A stretch of 64,000 nucleotides of DNA from the human T2T-CHM13v2.0 reference genome, Homo sapiens (GCF_009914755.1 NC_060928.1); one strand, 5' to 3'. Positions 29,872 through 45,037 are shown, counted from the first letter of the stretch. Made by a program: numbers and translations. Notes: generated from the sequence alone by a model not told the origin.

Positions 29872-30493
29872 ATGACTTGTGTTGAACAAGACAAGCTGGC
29901 TGAAGCATTTGAAGGCGCTTTTGAGGTACTGAGGTAACATTCAACTGATCTTCACTCCTCCCCAGATGACAAAAATTACCTGGCTTTCGTCAGCCACTGT
30001 CCTCATGTCAGAGGAAATTCCATCTGCTAAGAAGTGTTGCCCACAGAGGAACCTGTGTATAGCTGGAGAACCATCATAGCAGGAAGAAGCTCTGACCGTT
30101 TTAATACCTTCACGAATCCCCACATAATGCTAAGATGGTGTCTTGTATCCAGGAGTAGATAAAACCAAAGATGTCTTTCTGTTTGTATTGAAAAATAAAG
30201 AAAAACTTTAGGGAAAAAGAAAAGTCAGCCAGAACCCCATGGCTTACTCAGAAAATTGTCAGGGCCCTGAGGAATTATGGAAGAACTGGAGAAATCACCA
30301 AAATCCAGAGGAAGCTGACTTACCAACTTACCAAGGCCATCCTCCAAAGACTCTATCTTATTTATTAGGGAAAGCAATCTTCTACTCACAGTATGTTCAG
30401 CCTGATCAAGAATATCTTAGTTTAAATAACTAGAATGCAAATTGTAACTATACATGTGCCAATTACCATGAGTTAAGTCACCCTGATTGCTAA
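29872..30493 (+). pseudogene. SPICP5: Processed pseudogene of the ETS factor SPIC (Spi-C)
   Basis: ATG at 29872 reads [70 protein letters not shown]-domain remnants follow ([51 protein letters not shown]), then the C-terminus [17 protein letters not shown]...HELSHPDC*. Intronless with stops and frameshifts. Parent identity is firm; the number 'P5' is recalled and unverified. Confidence 0.9.
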
Positions 30494-30979
30494 ATATACT
30501 CTCACGTTTCATGGTTTCCTGGCATCAGAAATCCCTACAAGCTTCAGGATTTTTCTCTTAAAGCAAATGCTGAAGAGAAAAAAAAAATTAACTTTATTAT
30601 TGTTATCTTTTATCAAATAGCATAGAATCTATACTAACTTGGTGGGAAATCCTGCCAATGAACAAATTTATTGTTGCAAATGACCAAGCCCTATGTGAAT
30701 GTACAGACTAAATGGCCTTGCTCTTACTATTCTCTATTCAACCACTTTCTTCCAGATTCATACTGCCAGTACAGGCAACTAATAATGATTCAAACATTTT
30801 TCTGTCATATACTCAGGTGAAAAATCACTCTAACCTATATCTGCTGGCATTACAAAAAATCATTTACAAAAAACGACTGCATATGATAAAAGCGTTTGTG
30901 CAAAAATACATTCATGGCTTCAAAAACTTCAGTGGAAATGTATATTCAGTTCCCTTCTCACATTTTTTTCCTTTTCCCC

Positions 30980-33150
<2,171 letters not shown>

Positions 33151-34061
33151 CATTTCTCAAAAGAAGACATACAAATGACCAACATCACTAGTCATTAGAG
33201 AAAAGCAAACTAAAGCCACAGTGAGATATCATTTCTCATTTGTCTGAATATCTTTTATCAAGAAGATGAAAGATAAGTGTTACCAAGGATGTGGAGAAAA
33301 GGGAACCCTTGCACACCATTGGTAGGAATGTAAATTGGTACAGCCATTATGGAAAACAGTATAGAGGTTCCTCAAAAAAACTACAAATATAATTGCCATA
33401 TGATCCAGCAATCCCACTTCTGGGTTTTACCCCAAACATCTGAAATCAGTTTGTTGAAGGGATGTCTGTAGTCTCATGTTCATTGCAGCATTATTCACAA
33501 TAGCTAAGTTATGAAATCAACCTAAGCGTTTAACAGATGAATAAAGAAAATGTGGTATATATACACAATAGAATACTATTCAGCCTTAAAAACAAAAGAG
33601 ATTCTGACATTTGTGAAAAATTGGATGGAATTTTAGAACATTATGCTAAGTGAAATAAGTAAGGACCAGAAAGACAAATACCATATGTTCTCACTTACTT
33701 GTGGAATCTCAAACAATTGAACTTATAGAATCAGAGAGCACAACAGTGGTTATAGAGGCTGGGGGTGTGGGGAATGGCCAAAGAGTATAAAATCTCAGAC
33801 TAGAAGAATTTTTTTTCTTTTTTTGAGTTCTTTGCACATCATGGTGAATACAGTTAATAATAGAGTGCTGTACATTTCCAAATTGTAAGAGAGTAAATTT
33901 AAAATGATCTCATTCAAAAGATGTTAAATATTTGAGGTGATGGATATGTTAACCAGCTTGATTTAATTATTCCACACTGCATTCATAGATTATAACACAA
34001 CTTTGCATGCTATAAATCTGCGCAATTATAAATTGCCAGTTTATCATTATAAAAAGAAAAA
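33151..34061 (+). mobile_element. Non-inverted 3' end of the same L1MA-type element (L1MA4A-like) with A tail
   Basis: Starts catttctcaaaagaagacatacaaatg; L1MA-type 3'UTR (gaggtgatggatatgttaaccagcttgatttaattattccac); ends in aaaaagaaaaa. Confidence 0.85.
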
Positions 34062-34154
34062 AAAATACCTTCACAGCAACATTCAGACTGGTATTTTACC
34101 AAATATCTGGGTAATGTGGCCTACCCAAGATGACACATGAAGTTAACCATCGCA
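34062..34154 (+). mobile_element. MLT2-like LTR, right part
   Basis: aaaataccttcacagcaacattcagactggtattttaccaaatatctggg...gacacatgaagttaaccatcgca continues the LTR from exactly where the left part stops. Confidence 0.75.
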
Positions 34155-34900
34155 GGGTCCAACTTTGTTCTTTTTTTTTTTTTTTCCAACTTTGTTCTTT
34201 TGCATGTGGTTATCCAGTTGCTCCAGGAACATTCACTGAAGAGACTGTTCTTTCCTTATTGAATGATCTTGGCCCCCTTGTCAATAATCAGTTCACCATA
34301 GATGTTTGGGTTTATTTATGGCTTCTCAATTTTATTCCATTGGTCTATACATCTATCTTTATGCCAGTACCATAAGGTTTTGACTTGTAGTAAGTTTTGA
34401 AATCAGGACGTATGAATCTTCCAATTTTGTTTTTGTTTTTCAATATTGTTTTGGCTATTTAGGGCCCATTGCAGTTCCACATGAATTTTAGAACACCTTT
34501 TCCATTTCTGCAAAACAAAAAGGCCAATGGAGTTTCGACAGCAATTGCACAGAATCTGTAGATCACTTTATGGAGTATTGCCATTCTAACTATATTAAGT
34601 CTTCCCATCCATGAACATGGAATGTCTTTCTCTTTAATTATGTCTTTAATTTTTTCAGCAACGTTTTTTAGTTTTCAGCATCCATGCCTTTCACCTTCTT
34701 GATTAAATTTATTCCTAGGCATTTTACTCTTTTGAATGTTATCACACATTTCTTATTTAAAATAACAGCTAATTACATCCAATGGAATATTATTCAGCCT
34801 TAAAAAGGTAGGAAATTCTGACACATGCTACAACATGGGGGAAACTTGAAAACATTATGTGAAGTGAAATAAGACAGTCACAAAAGGGTAAATCCTATAT

Positions 34901-34942
34901 ATTAGGTTGGTGCAAAAGTAATTGCAATTTTTGCCATTAAAA
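34901..34942. mobile_element. Truncated MADE1 (mariner MITE) half
   Basis: attaggttggtgcaaaagtaattgcaatttttgccattaaaa; only one arm present. Confidence 0.7.
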
Positions 34943-35714
34943 CCCTAAGAAAGGGTCAAAATGGCCAATTTTGTTATGTATATTTTACCACAATAAAGAA
35001 GAATGTTTATTGCTTTAATTTCTGTTTACAAAAGTTTTACCTATCAATGTTAAGAAACTCTGTAAAATAGAGACATACTATTTGATAACAGTTTTTGTGC
35101 TTAATACACTGGGGATGTTTTTGCATAGCATTAGGAGATTTTTCTCCATCATTATTTAAATGGCTACAGTATTGTTTTTAACCAATCCCTTAATTCTGGA
35201 TATCCATCCCTTCTCAAATTTTTATGATTACAAGTAATACTTCGGGGATAATCTTTGTGGATATATATTTGTGCCCCCTCAGATCAATGCAACAAAATTC
35301 TGCAAAAGTCCACCACACTATGACATGACAGGCACTCAGGATGCATCCGTGAATAAGAGTTATAGTCTAGTGGGGGAGACACAAAAATAACAGAAATCCC
35401 ATTTATATGAATAACCCAATAGCCAAATCTATAGAAACAGAAAATAGATTTGTGGTTCCCTAGGGTTAAGGGGCAGGATGAAGGATAATAGGGGGTGGAG
35501 GTGACCGCTCAGGAGTAAGAGACATCTTTGTGAGTAATGAAAATGTTATGAAATTTGTGGTGATGGCTGCACAATTCTGAATGTACCAAAAACGACTGTG
35601 CACTGTAGATGGGTGAGTCATAGGGTAATGAATTTTATCTCAGTAACATGGAAAAATAAATAACAGAGTAAGTCACGCAACCTGCTGGTGGGAGAGGGCT
35701 TGGGTGAGCGGTGC

Positions 35715-36185
35715 AGTGGTGGGGACATCGCAGAGGGAGGTACAGCAGGGAGTAGGGGACAGTGCAGAGGAGAGGACAGCACGGAAGAGGGGACATCATG
35801 GAGGGGACAGCACGGAGGAGGGAACATCATAAAGGAGGGGACAGCATGGAGGAGGGGACAGTGCAGAGGAGCACAGGGGAGAGGACATTGCAGAGGAAGG
35901 GACAGCATGGAGGAGGGGACAGCATGGAGAATGGGATAGCATGGAGAATGGGATAGGATAGAGGAGGGAACAGCATAGAGAAGGGGACAGCATAGAGGAG
36001 GGGACAGTGTAGTGGAGGGGCCAGCACCATGGAGAGGACAGCATGGCCAAGAGGACACTGGAGCAGAGGGGACAGCGTGGAGGAGGAAACATCATGGAAA
36101 AGGGGACAGTGCGGGGGAGGGGACAGTGTGGCAGTAGGGATAGGACAGTCAAGGGGACCCTGAGCGAAGGGGACAGCATGGTGGA
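35715..36185. repeat. Degenerate ~20-bp minisatellite (GGGGACAGCATGGAGGA-like)
   Basis: Recurrent ggggacagca(t/c)ggagga. Confidence 0.85.
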
Positions 36186-36250
36186 GACCCAGGGCAGCGG
36201 GTGCGTGGGGACTGGGGAGAGAGGACTGGTGTGGGCACGGTGCAGGCAGA

Positions 36251-36413
36251 TCACGGTGGGAGCTCCGGCAAGGGTCTGAGCAGGGCAGAGATGACACCTT
36301 GTTTTGACACAGGTGGATGGGTGAGGGCCCCTGAAGAGGATCCGGCAACCATCCTGCAGGCCACGTGGGCGGTGGCTCCTGCACGTGTTCTGGGATGGGC
36401 TGGAAGGAGGGGG
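36251..36413 (-). CDS. ZFYVE28: Putative alternative terminal coding exon of ZFYVE28 in intron 6: (C)PLLPAHPRTRAGATAHVACRMVAGSSSGALTHPPVSKQGVISALLRPLPELPP*
   Basis: Pyrimidine tract plus ccccag|C acceptor, phase-compatible with the exon 6 donor. Would give a 287-aa FYVE-less protein; I recall a short isoform of about that size but cannot verify it. Confidence 0.5.
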
Positions 36414-36535
36414 CTGGGGAGGAAGGCAGGGGTAGACGCTGGGATGGGCTGGAAGGAGGGGGCTGGGGAGGGAGGGAGGGGTAGATTCTGGGATGGGCTG
36501 GAAGGAGGGGCTGGGGAGGAAGGGAGGGAGGGGTA
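36390..36535. repeat. Three copies of a ~49-bp unit ctgggatgggctggaaggagggggctggggagg...
   Basis: Unit starts at 36390, 36439 and 36488. Confidence 0.9.
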
Positions 36536-39500
36536 GAGGAGAGGGGCCTGGGTTCTGCACAGGTCCGGTCTGGGAAGCGTCGCACACACACAGCTGTGAG
36601 TGCAGACGGGCGAAGCCGCAGCGAGGCGGGCAGGCAGGTCTGTGCTGATGGGGACTGGGAAGTGACCACTGGGTCTAGAGGTTTTATTTCATTTCTTCCT
36701 TTAAAGGAACTGTTTTAAGGCCGGGGCTGGGCACGGTACCTCATGCCTGTAATCCTAGCACTTTAGGAGACCAAGGCAGGCAGATTGCTAGAGCCCGGGA
36801 ACTCGAGACCAGCCTGGACAACACAGCAAGACCCTGTCTCTATTTTTTTTTTAATTAAAAAATAAAAATAAAAAGTTAAAAACAAAAAAAAGAAACTGTT
36901 TTAAGATAAATCCCCAAAAGTAAAACCAGTTTGTCAAAGAGTCTGAGCCTCGTGGAGACACTCTCCCCAGGACGCGTGTCTCAATCAGCAGGAGGGACTG
37001 ACTGGATGCAGGTCTTAGGGAGGGGACAGGCTGAGGGGTGCAGGGCAAGTGGGGCCCCTCCCCTACGGCTCAGAGCAAGTCCCCACAGGGGTGACCCCCA
37101 GTTTTTGTCCTCACTGCCTGGTAAGGCCAGACCCCACCAGGCTGGGGACACCCTAAACAGGGGGAAGGGTGCCACCCAGCACTCCCTTCCACCTCCCCCT
37201 GCCAATCTGAAGGCCTCAGTTTACCACTGCCTCTGCCCCAGGCAGGCCTCCTCTGCCAGCCACAGAACTAGAGTTTTCTGCTTTCTTGTGTCACAGGTGA
37301 ATAGCAGGCTCTGACCCTCGGGTGGGCTTGGTTCTGCCGCCTCCAGCTGTTGACCCCCAGCGGTGCCTTCGCCACTGGGAGCCCCTCAGAAGGGGACGGG
37401 AGCCTGGCCCGCAGCTCATGCTTGGTAAATGTGGCATCACTGTTCTGACACTGTGTGCTGGAGAAGGGACTGGGGCTCTCGGGCAGCAGCACAGTCACGG
37501 GCAGGAGCCACAGAGGAGCTCCACCCTCAGCTCCTGCCCCGCTCAGCACCCCTGCCTCCCCTCTGCTCTCAGTGTTCCCTGGGGGTCACCTGGGGGGTCC
37601 CAGGATGCCCACTTCACAGAGGCAGGATCCTGCGAGGGTGTGGGCCCAGGAATGCAGGCTAGAGGGGTCTTCATTTCTGCAGAAGTTCCTGCGGCCCCCT
37701 GGTCCTTGCTCGAGCCCTGGACTTGCCCCTGAGCATACACCACCTGCACCAACGTGCCCCTGCCTGCCACCTGCACAGCTCCCACCTCTGGGCCGGCTGC
37801 CCTGGGGAGCCTCTCCCTCACGCCTTCAGCTCCTGTCCACCCCATGGGGTCCCTGCACTGAGTCCCCCTTCCAGCATCCAGAACATTCCACAGCACTGTG
37901 GGTCAGCCCATCTGTCCATCTCCCTGGTACAAGCACAGGGCGAGGTATGCAGTAGGCACTCAATACTTGCTCACTGAATGAACACAGGAAGGAGCAGGTT
38001 CTGGGCCCCACCACGGGCAGCTGTGGCCTCTGCCTGTCCGGCTCAAAGCGGTCGCTGTGGATGACGAGGAACAAGACGGGATCCGCTGGTGGTGCAGGGC
38101 TGCAGGGCCCCAGTGAGCATCCCAGAGGGGCGGCCTTAGGAACAGCTGCCCACTCAGCACTCACCCGCTCAGCACTCACCCGCCCTGCTCGAGGCTCGCT
38201 GCACAGAGGGTTGCAGTGGCAGCCTGGTGCACCCCACGGTTCCTCGTATCCACAGCCTGGCTCTGTGGCTAGATGCCTGCCTCTGTGGGGGCTCACAGCT
38301 GGCCACCCCCCTGGACAGGCCTGCTCCCTGGACTCCGGCTTTGGGCTCTTATGCCCTCTCGCCCTTCCTCCCTCCTTCAATCCAAGCCCCCTTCACCTCC
38401 TGGGGGTCCCTCACTCCCTTTCCAGGCTCTCCCACTGTCCTGAGCCCGAGGGGACCCCACGCCAGTGCCTCCAGGAGGGGACCCGCGGGACAAAGCCTCT
38501 GCCAACAGAAGCTCCAGCCTCCCTCCCCAACCTCCCTCCCTTGGCCTCCCCCGCAGCACTGGCCTCCCCTGCTGCCCTTCCCTGACCCCCCCTGCTGCCC
38601 TTCCCTGACCCCCCACACTCCCCCACCTCCCTCCCCAAGCTGCCCCCCCACCTCCCTCCTCTGGCCTCCCCTACCCTGATCCCCCAGCCCCCGCCTCCCC
38701 TTGCCTCCCAGGATGAAAGCCTAGGACAGAAGGAGGAGCAGAGGTTTGGCCACCAGCAGGTGGACTGAGGTCGGCAAGCAGGACACAGATGATACTGGTT
38801 GGGGGAAGTGGCTGCTGTTCTGCGGTCGCCTGTACTCGGGCAAACACGGGCAGCAGACTCAGTGTGAAAGTCCCGAAACACAGTATGCCTGGGGTGCGGC
38901 CTGCGGGGAGGGTCACCTGGGGTCACCTGCACACTCCAGGCCCGACCTTTAAGAGGAAGTCCAGCCAGGGCTCACCGGCTCATTGACACGGGCATGAGTG
39001 GGCGGGTGGCTTGGTGCCACACCTCAAAGCACTTGCGGAGAACTTTTTACAAGGACAGCAGAGCTGTTCATTTGCTGTGAGTGCCCTTGGGACAAGGAGA
39101 CACCTGTACCTGAGGCAAAGGCTCACAGCGCCCTGCGCCCTGGTGGAAACAAGGCCGGCTCGCAGGATCTTTGCTGTTCTGTTTTTTAAACAAAGAGAAG
39201 AATAAGGACCAAAACTGCCTGTCATTTTCTTCAAGTGAGTTTGGCCACAGAGAGACACTTGTCTAGAAAAGAAAAACAATGTCACCAAATCCTGTGGCCC
39301 ATGGGAAGGGGCGCTCTGTGCTCTGGGGTGGCCTCTCCCCGCCAGGACACTTCCCTCCAAGCCACCTTGTCGCTGGCCACTGGGGACACCCTGCCCTCCA
39401 GCCCTGAGGTCTTCAGGTGAAAGGAAGTTCCCTGAGTCTAACGGCAGGAGGATTTCCGAGCCTCCCTCTGGCGCGATGTGAGGCTCACTCTCTCTGGTTT

Positions 39501-40101
39501 GCTAACTTTGTGAAAGACGCAACCTCTGCGAGGACACGGGAAGGACGGCGCAGGAAACAGGCCAGGCCCTGAGCTATTGGAGGGGACTCTGGGGAGCCAG
39601 GGCCCAGCAGATAGAGACCACGCTGGAGCCCTCCCGGAGGAGGTGGCACCAGGACCTAGGGGAGTGAGCGGCCTGGCCCAGGGGTGTCCAGACTGGCCCC
39701 GGCAGCAGCCCCCATTGCTCCCCACTCCAACAAGGGGTGTTCGGCGCATCCTGGGGTTAAGCACTTCTGTCCCCTGCAGGCCCCGCCGCTGGCCCTAGCC
39801 CACTGCACTGCCACCGCCCCGCGTGCTCCCACCTCTGCACCCCCATTTCCCACGGGAGGGGTATCCATGCTCAACCCCAGTGCACTGCCACGTGTGCCTG
39901 TGCCCCGGGGTCCCCTGGGGCTCCTCAGCATGGCCTCAGTGAGGTCTCTCCAGCCTGAGCCTGGACCAGTCGTGGCCTCTGTGCCCACCCCCCACTCCCC
40001 GACCACTTCACTGACATCCACATCTCCACGGGCATCTCTCTCAAGGGCTCCCCATCCCCTACTCTGCCCAGTCCCACACCTGCTGGCCGCTGCCCACTGG
40101 A

Positions 40102-40250
40102 CCCTCCCCCCTTCCCCCTCCCCTCTTCCCCCTCCCCCCTTCCCCCTCCCCCCTTCCCCCTCCCCCCTTCCCCCTCCCCCCTTCCCCCTCCCCCCTTCCC
40201 CCTCCCCTCTTCCCCCTCCCCTCTTCCCCCTCCCCACTTCCGCCTCCCCC
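40102..40250. repeat. Pure C/T tract (CCCCCT/CCCCTT)n, G-runs on the ZFYVE28 sense strand
   Basis: Direct reading. Confidence 0.9.
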
Positions 40251-41086
40251 CCAGCTGCAAGCTCCACTAAGCTCTCTGTGGTCCACTCACTCCTCCGCCC
40301 CCATGACCACCCGCCTGGCAGGGGCATGGGGAATCCCCGTCTGGAGTCAGGGTGTGGATGAGCAGCCTGACCCCTGGGCTCTAACCTTGGCCCCAGACAG
40401 CTCAGAGACGCTAAGCAGGTGACCCCGCGCATCCTGCCTCGGTGGATTTCAGGCCTGAGCTTCCATGTGCTGTGTTCACGTCCTTGAGCCCCACAGGACC
40501 CTACAGGCTGCCTTGAGTTCCCTGCTCTCCCAGACGGCCCCGCTGGCAGGAAAGGTTCCACACAGGTATTCCATCAGCCAGACCAACTGCCCCCACCTGC
40601 CCTTCAACCCAATGTGCTTCACCTCCCTGCCAGCCCCCAAATTATTCAAACAAGCCAATCACAGCCTCCTGAGGGACCCGGGGGGCAGCTCGTCCTCTTG
40701 TTACCACCAAGTCTGCCTCCCACAGCCCCTGCGTGGCCACTCTGTTCCGAGCATGACCCCTGTGTGACCCTCATGGTCTCCTGTGACTAATGAGCTCACC
40801 TGTGGATCTCACCTGTCCAGTGGCAGGTGGCAGGTGTTAGGCCACCTTGCCCTATCTAGGGTGACAGAGCCTCCCTCACCAGCAAGGTGAACAGGGGGCA
40901 CTCAGGACACGTGGTCCCCTGGTCTGCTGAGGGCTGACAGCAGGCCTGCCTGTCACTGATCGGGACAGCTGAGCGGCCACCGTGAGGTGGAGACGCCATG
41001 GACCGGCACCCGCACGGGACCTGGCACCATCAGCCCTGCCCGTCCCGCAGGTTTCTGCAGAGGTCCTGGGCACAGGAGGCACTCAC

Positions 41087-41176
41087 CACACGATGGCCAG
41101 CCTGGGGATGCTGAACATGAGGGCCGGCTCGTAGTCATCAATCATGTCCTGAGTCAGGTACCCGAAGTCCAGGGCC
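41087..41176 (-). CDS. ZFYVE28: ZFYVE28 coding exon 6 (90 nt, phase 2-2): (R)[29 protein letters not shown]
   Basis: Acceptor ccggacag|G and donor TG|gtgagt. Lies at the end of ORF 41083..41367. Confidence 0.95.
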
Positions 41177-42014
41177 CTGTCCGGGGAGACGGACAGTGAG
41201 CAGCATGAGGGCTGGCCCACCACAGCCACAGGTTGGACCCCAGCAGGGACAGGCAGTTTGCTCAATCTGTACCTGCAGCCACGCGTGGTGGCCACGTCAA
41301 GAGGTGACACATGCCACCCCCAGTCCTCATATGTGCAAGGGGCTGGGACTGCAGGAAAAGGCCACACACTTCCCTAAATGCCCTGGCAGGTGGCTCCAGC
41401 TTGACCTTCCCATCTGCCAGTCCCCACCTCTGCCCCAGGAGGCAGGGGCAGGGAGGATGTGTGAGGACAGCTATGATGCCCAGCAAAGACAGTAAGGCAA
41501 CCCAGAGGACGGCTCTGCTCAGCCAGGAGACCGAAACAACTCCGGTGTCAAGAATGAACACGGAACAAAAATACTGCCCCAAACAATTCAACACTTCCCT
41601 GAGAAACCAGCTTCCTTTCTCCTCCCCGGGGCTTGTGGAGGGCTTTTCCTGCACCTCGTGAGCAGGCCTGCTGGCATCGTGACTTTTCAAAATAAAAGGA
41701 ATTTCCCGTCATCTTATTTTCTGATAATTTGAAATATCTCTCAAAGCACAAAGAGTAAAAATTTGCTTTTTAAAAATAACAAACATACAATGTGATAATA
41801 GTCAATTTCAAATCTTCCAAACACCATAGTACCACTTGAACAAGAGAAACATCAAGGTTACATCTTAACCCCAAAGTCCATTGAGAAAACCAGACTCCAA
41901 ATTACTGTACAAAGCCTGATAAGAATATTGATGGCTTCCCCCTGCCCCCCCACTCCCAAAAAAAGAAACACTTGTTCAACAGACTTAAAACTCAGCAAAA
42001 ACTCATTCCTGGAC

Positions 42015-42450
42015 TGGGGAGGTGGGGAGTGAGGATTGAGGAGTGAGGATGTGAGGATTGAGGAGGTGAGGAGTGAGAATGTGAGAAATAAGGAGCTAAG
42101 GAGTAAGGAGGTGAGGAGTAAGGAGGTGAGGAATGATGAGGTGAGGAGTGAGGAGGTGAGGAGGTGAGGAGTGAGGAGATGAGGAGGTGAGGAGGTGTGG
42201 ATTGAGGAGGTGAGGAGTGAGGAGGTGAGGAGTGAGAAGGTGAGGAGGGAGGAGGTGAAGAGTGAGGAGGTGAGGTGAGGAGTTAGGAGGTGGGGAAGTG
42301 AGGAGGTGAGTGAGGAGGTGAGGAGTGAGGGGGTGAGGAGTTAGGTGGTGAGGAGTGAGGAGGTGAGGAGTTAGGAGGTGGGGAAGTGAGGAGGTGAGGA
42401 GTGAGGACATGAGGAGTGAGTAGGTGAGGAGTGAGGGGGTGAGGAAGGTG
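42015..42450. repeat. (GAGGAGT/GAGGAGGT)n degenerate tandem repeat in intron 5
   Basis: Direct reading. Confidence 0.9.
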
Positions 42451-42787
42451 ACAAGGTTTGGACGTCCAATCCATCATGCCAGAGCCTTCCAGCTTTTGTC
42501 CTCTGACAGTGACTTCACCTGCAGGATCTGACCTTCTGGCAGACAGAAAAGCGACCGTGGGGCGGTGGAAGGGGGCCGGGCAGAGGTAAAGGCAGGGGTG
42601 GCCTCTACCCTCTGCCCACCTGTGAGGAGAAGCCGGATGTAGTGTGGGAAGACACGTCTGGTGCCTTCCATCTGGGGCACTCCCGAGACACAGCAGGTTC
42701 CCCCAGAGCTGCCCTCTGCCCCGGGCCTGGAGTGAGGCAGGGACTCCCCAGATGCTGCCCCCAGCCCCTAAGCATCCCTGTGCTCAC

Positions 42788-42877
42788 CTCTCCACCGTCT
42801 CGCAGAAGAGCACGATGACCTCCTGCTGCACGTAGTACTCCCTGGGGGACTTCACAGGCACCATGGCCGAGACGTAG
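42788..42877 (-). CDS. ZFYVE28: ZFYVE28 coding exon 5 (90 nt, phase 2-2): (S)[29 protein letters not shown]
   Basis: Acceptor gtttgcag|C and donor AG|gtgagc. Not in the ORF track; translated by hand and frame-continuous with exons 4 and 6. Confidence 0.95.
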
Positions 42878-43088
42878 CTGCAAACACATGGAGACCTGTG
42901 AGGCCGCACCTGGGCTGTGGCGGGGCCCCTCCAAAACAGAGTGGGGGGCATCTTCAATTAAAGCTGCAATGCTGGGCAAGGTGGGGGCGGGGGGCCTCAC
43001 GCCTGTAATCCCAGCACGTTGGGAGTCTGAGGTGGGAGGATGGCTTGAGCCCAGGAGTTCGAGGCACCACAGCAAGACCTCATCTCTA

Positions 43089-43271
<183 letters not shown>

Positions 43272-43807
43272 CTACACCACCATCCCATTTCGGCAGTTTC
43301 ATAGTACACAGCTCCTGCCAGCCAGGCCTACCCCAGGCCTTCCCTTGAAACCCCAGCCCTGCCCATGCGGGACAGTTGTGCCAGCTCCCAGGGCTCACCC
43401 TGGAGCCTGACCACCCTGGACCCAGTGCTGCCCATGTGCGGGACCATCCCCCACCTTGGCACCAGCCTTAAGGGGCGAGAGAGAAACGAATGAACACGTG
43501 CACGGGTGGGTGAACAACCCGCAGCCCCACATGAACCTCCGCACGTGGACCTCCACAGCCACGGAAGCCAGCCCAGGCTGGGCACAGCGGCTTGCAGGAG
43601 GCCTGCCAGTGGCTCTGAGACGTGAAGGCTTGTCCAACCCTTCCCCAGATGAGAGCACTTTCTTTCCTTCTAAACCACCAACTCTAGGCCAGGTGCAGTA
43701 GCTCACGCCTGTAATCCCAGCACTTTGGGAGGCCAAGGCCAGCAGCAGATCACTTGAGGTCAGGCATTTGAGACCAGGCTGGCCAACATGGTAAAACCCT
43801 GTATCTA

Positions 43808-44033
<226 letters not shown>

Positions 44034-44834
44034 TTAGAAAATCTGGGGAAGACAAGAAAATAAAACTCGATTGTCCGTGCTCTTGCTTCCTGCAGAGGAC
44101 TGCCCTTAATGCATTGGTTGATCTCCTAGGGGCCAGTAGATTACAAGATGAAAAACTTATTAACTGAACCTCTGCGGACACCATCTGCCTCCGTGTTTTG
44201 TTTGTTGTGGTTGTTGTTGTTTTGAGATGGAGTCTCGCTCTCTCGCCCAGGCTGGAATGCAGTGGCTGGATCGCAGCTCACCGTAGCCTCTGCCTCCCGG
44301 GTTCAAGCGATTCTCTTGCCTCAGCTTCCTGAGTGGCGCGCCACCAGGCCCGGCTAATTTTTTGTATTTTTTTTTAGTAGAGATGGGGTGTCACCGTGTT
44401 AGCCAGGATGGTCTCGATCTTCTGACCTCATGATCCGCCTGCCTCGGCCTCTCAACGTGCTGGGATTACAGGCGTGAGCCACCGCACCCGCCTGGCTGCC
44501 TCTGTTTTCTTCTCACCTGTGACGTCTCTTCATCTTCCGAGGCATCATGCATGTCGGGCCCCTCGGGCCTCTCCAAAGCCCTTCCCCTGGAGGCCCACGG
44601 CGGCCAGATCCACACCTGTGTCCTCTGTGCTCACCCCACTCCCTGGAAAGATGCCCCACCTCACCTCCACGCTATGCTCTCCAGGGCTTAACCCCACCCA
44701 CAGGCGGCCCTGAACCTGCCTGGCTCCTCCCTCTGTGGAATTTTCCAGCTTGAAGTATCAGGGTGAGCCCCGGAAGCTGGCACAACCGTCCCCCAGCTCA
44801 TACAGCCAGGGCTGTGGACCCACAGCTGCAGTAC

Positions 44835-45037
44835 CTGAGCTCAAACTCCGCGAACAGGACGTCGAAGTGCCTCAGCGCTTCCCTCATCTTCTCTGTGTAG
44901 GTGTTCAGGTCCCGCAGCGCCTGGTCACGGAGGGCGCCCCGCACGTCCTCCAGGCTGCGCGTCAGCTCCTTGGCCAGCGGGCGCATGGCCATGCTCTCCA
45001 GCTCCCGGTTCATGATGATGGAGCCGGCGGCCAGGCA
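44835..45037 (-). CDS. ZFYVE28: ZFYVE28 coding exon 4 (203 nt, phase 0-2): [15 protein letters not shown]...[10 protein letters not shown]
   Basis: Acceptor cccgcag|TGC and donor AG|gtactg. Contained in ORF 44798..45055; CpG-rich coding composition. Confidence 0.96.

Noticed and set aside
30239-30433. 64-aa ORF ending [17 protein letters not shown]
   Set aside because: Frameshifted fragment of the SPIC pseudogene, not an intact gene.
34901-34942. MADE1 as a miR-548-type hairpin
   Set aside because: Only one arm is present, so no hairpin forms.
39656-40561. 301-aa Gly-rich ORF and its antisense Pro-rich ORF
   Set aside because: Driven by the C/T repeat and high GC content.
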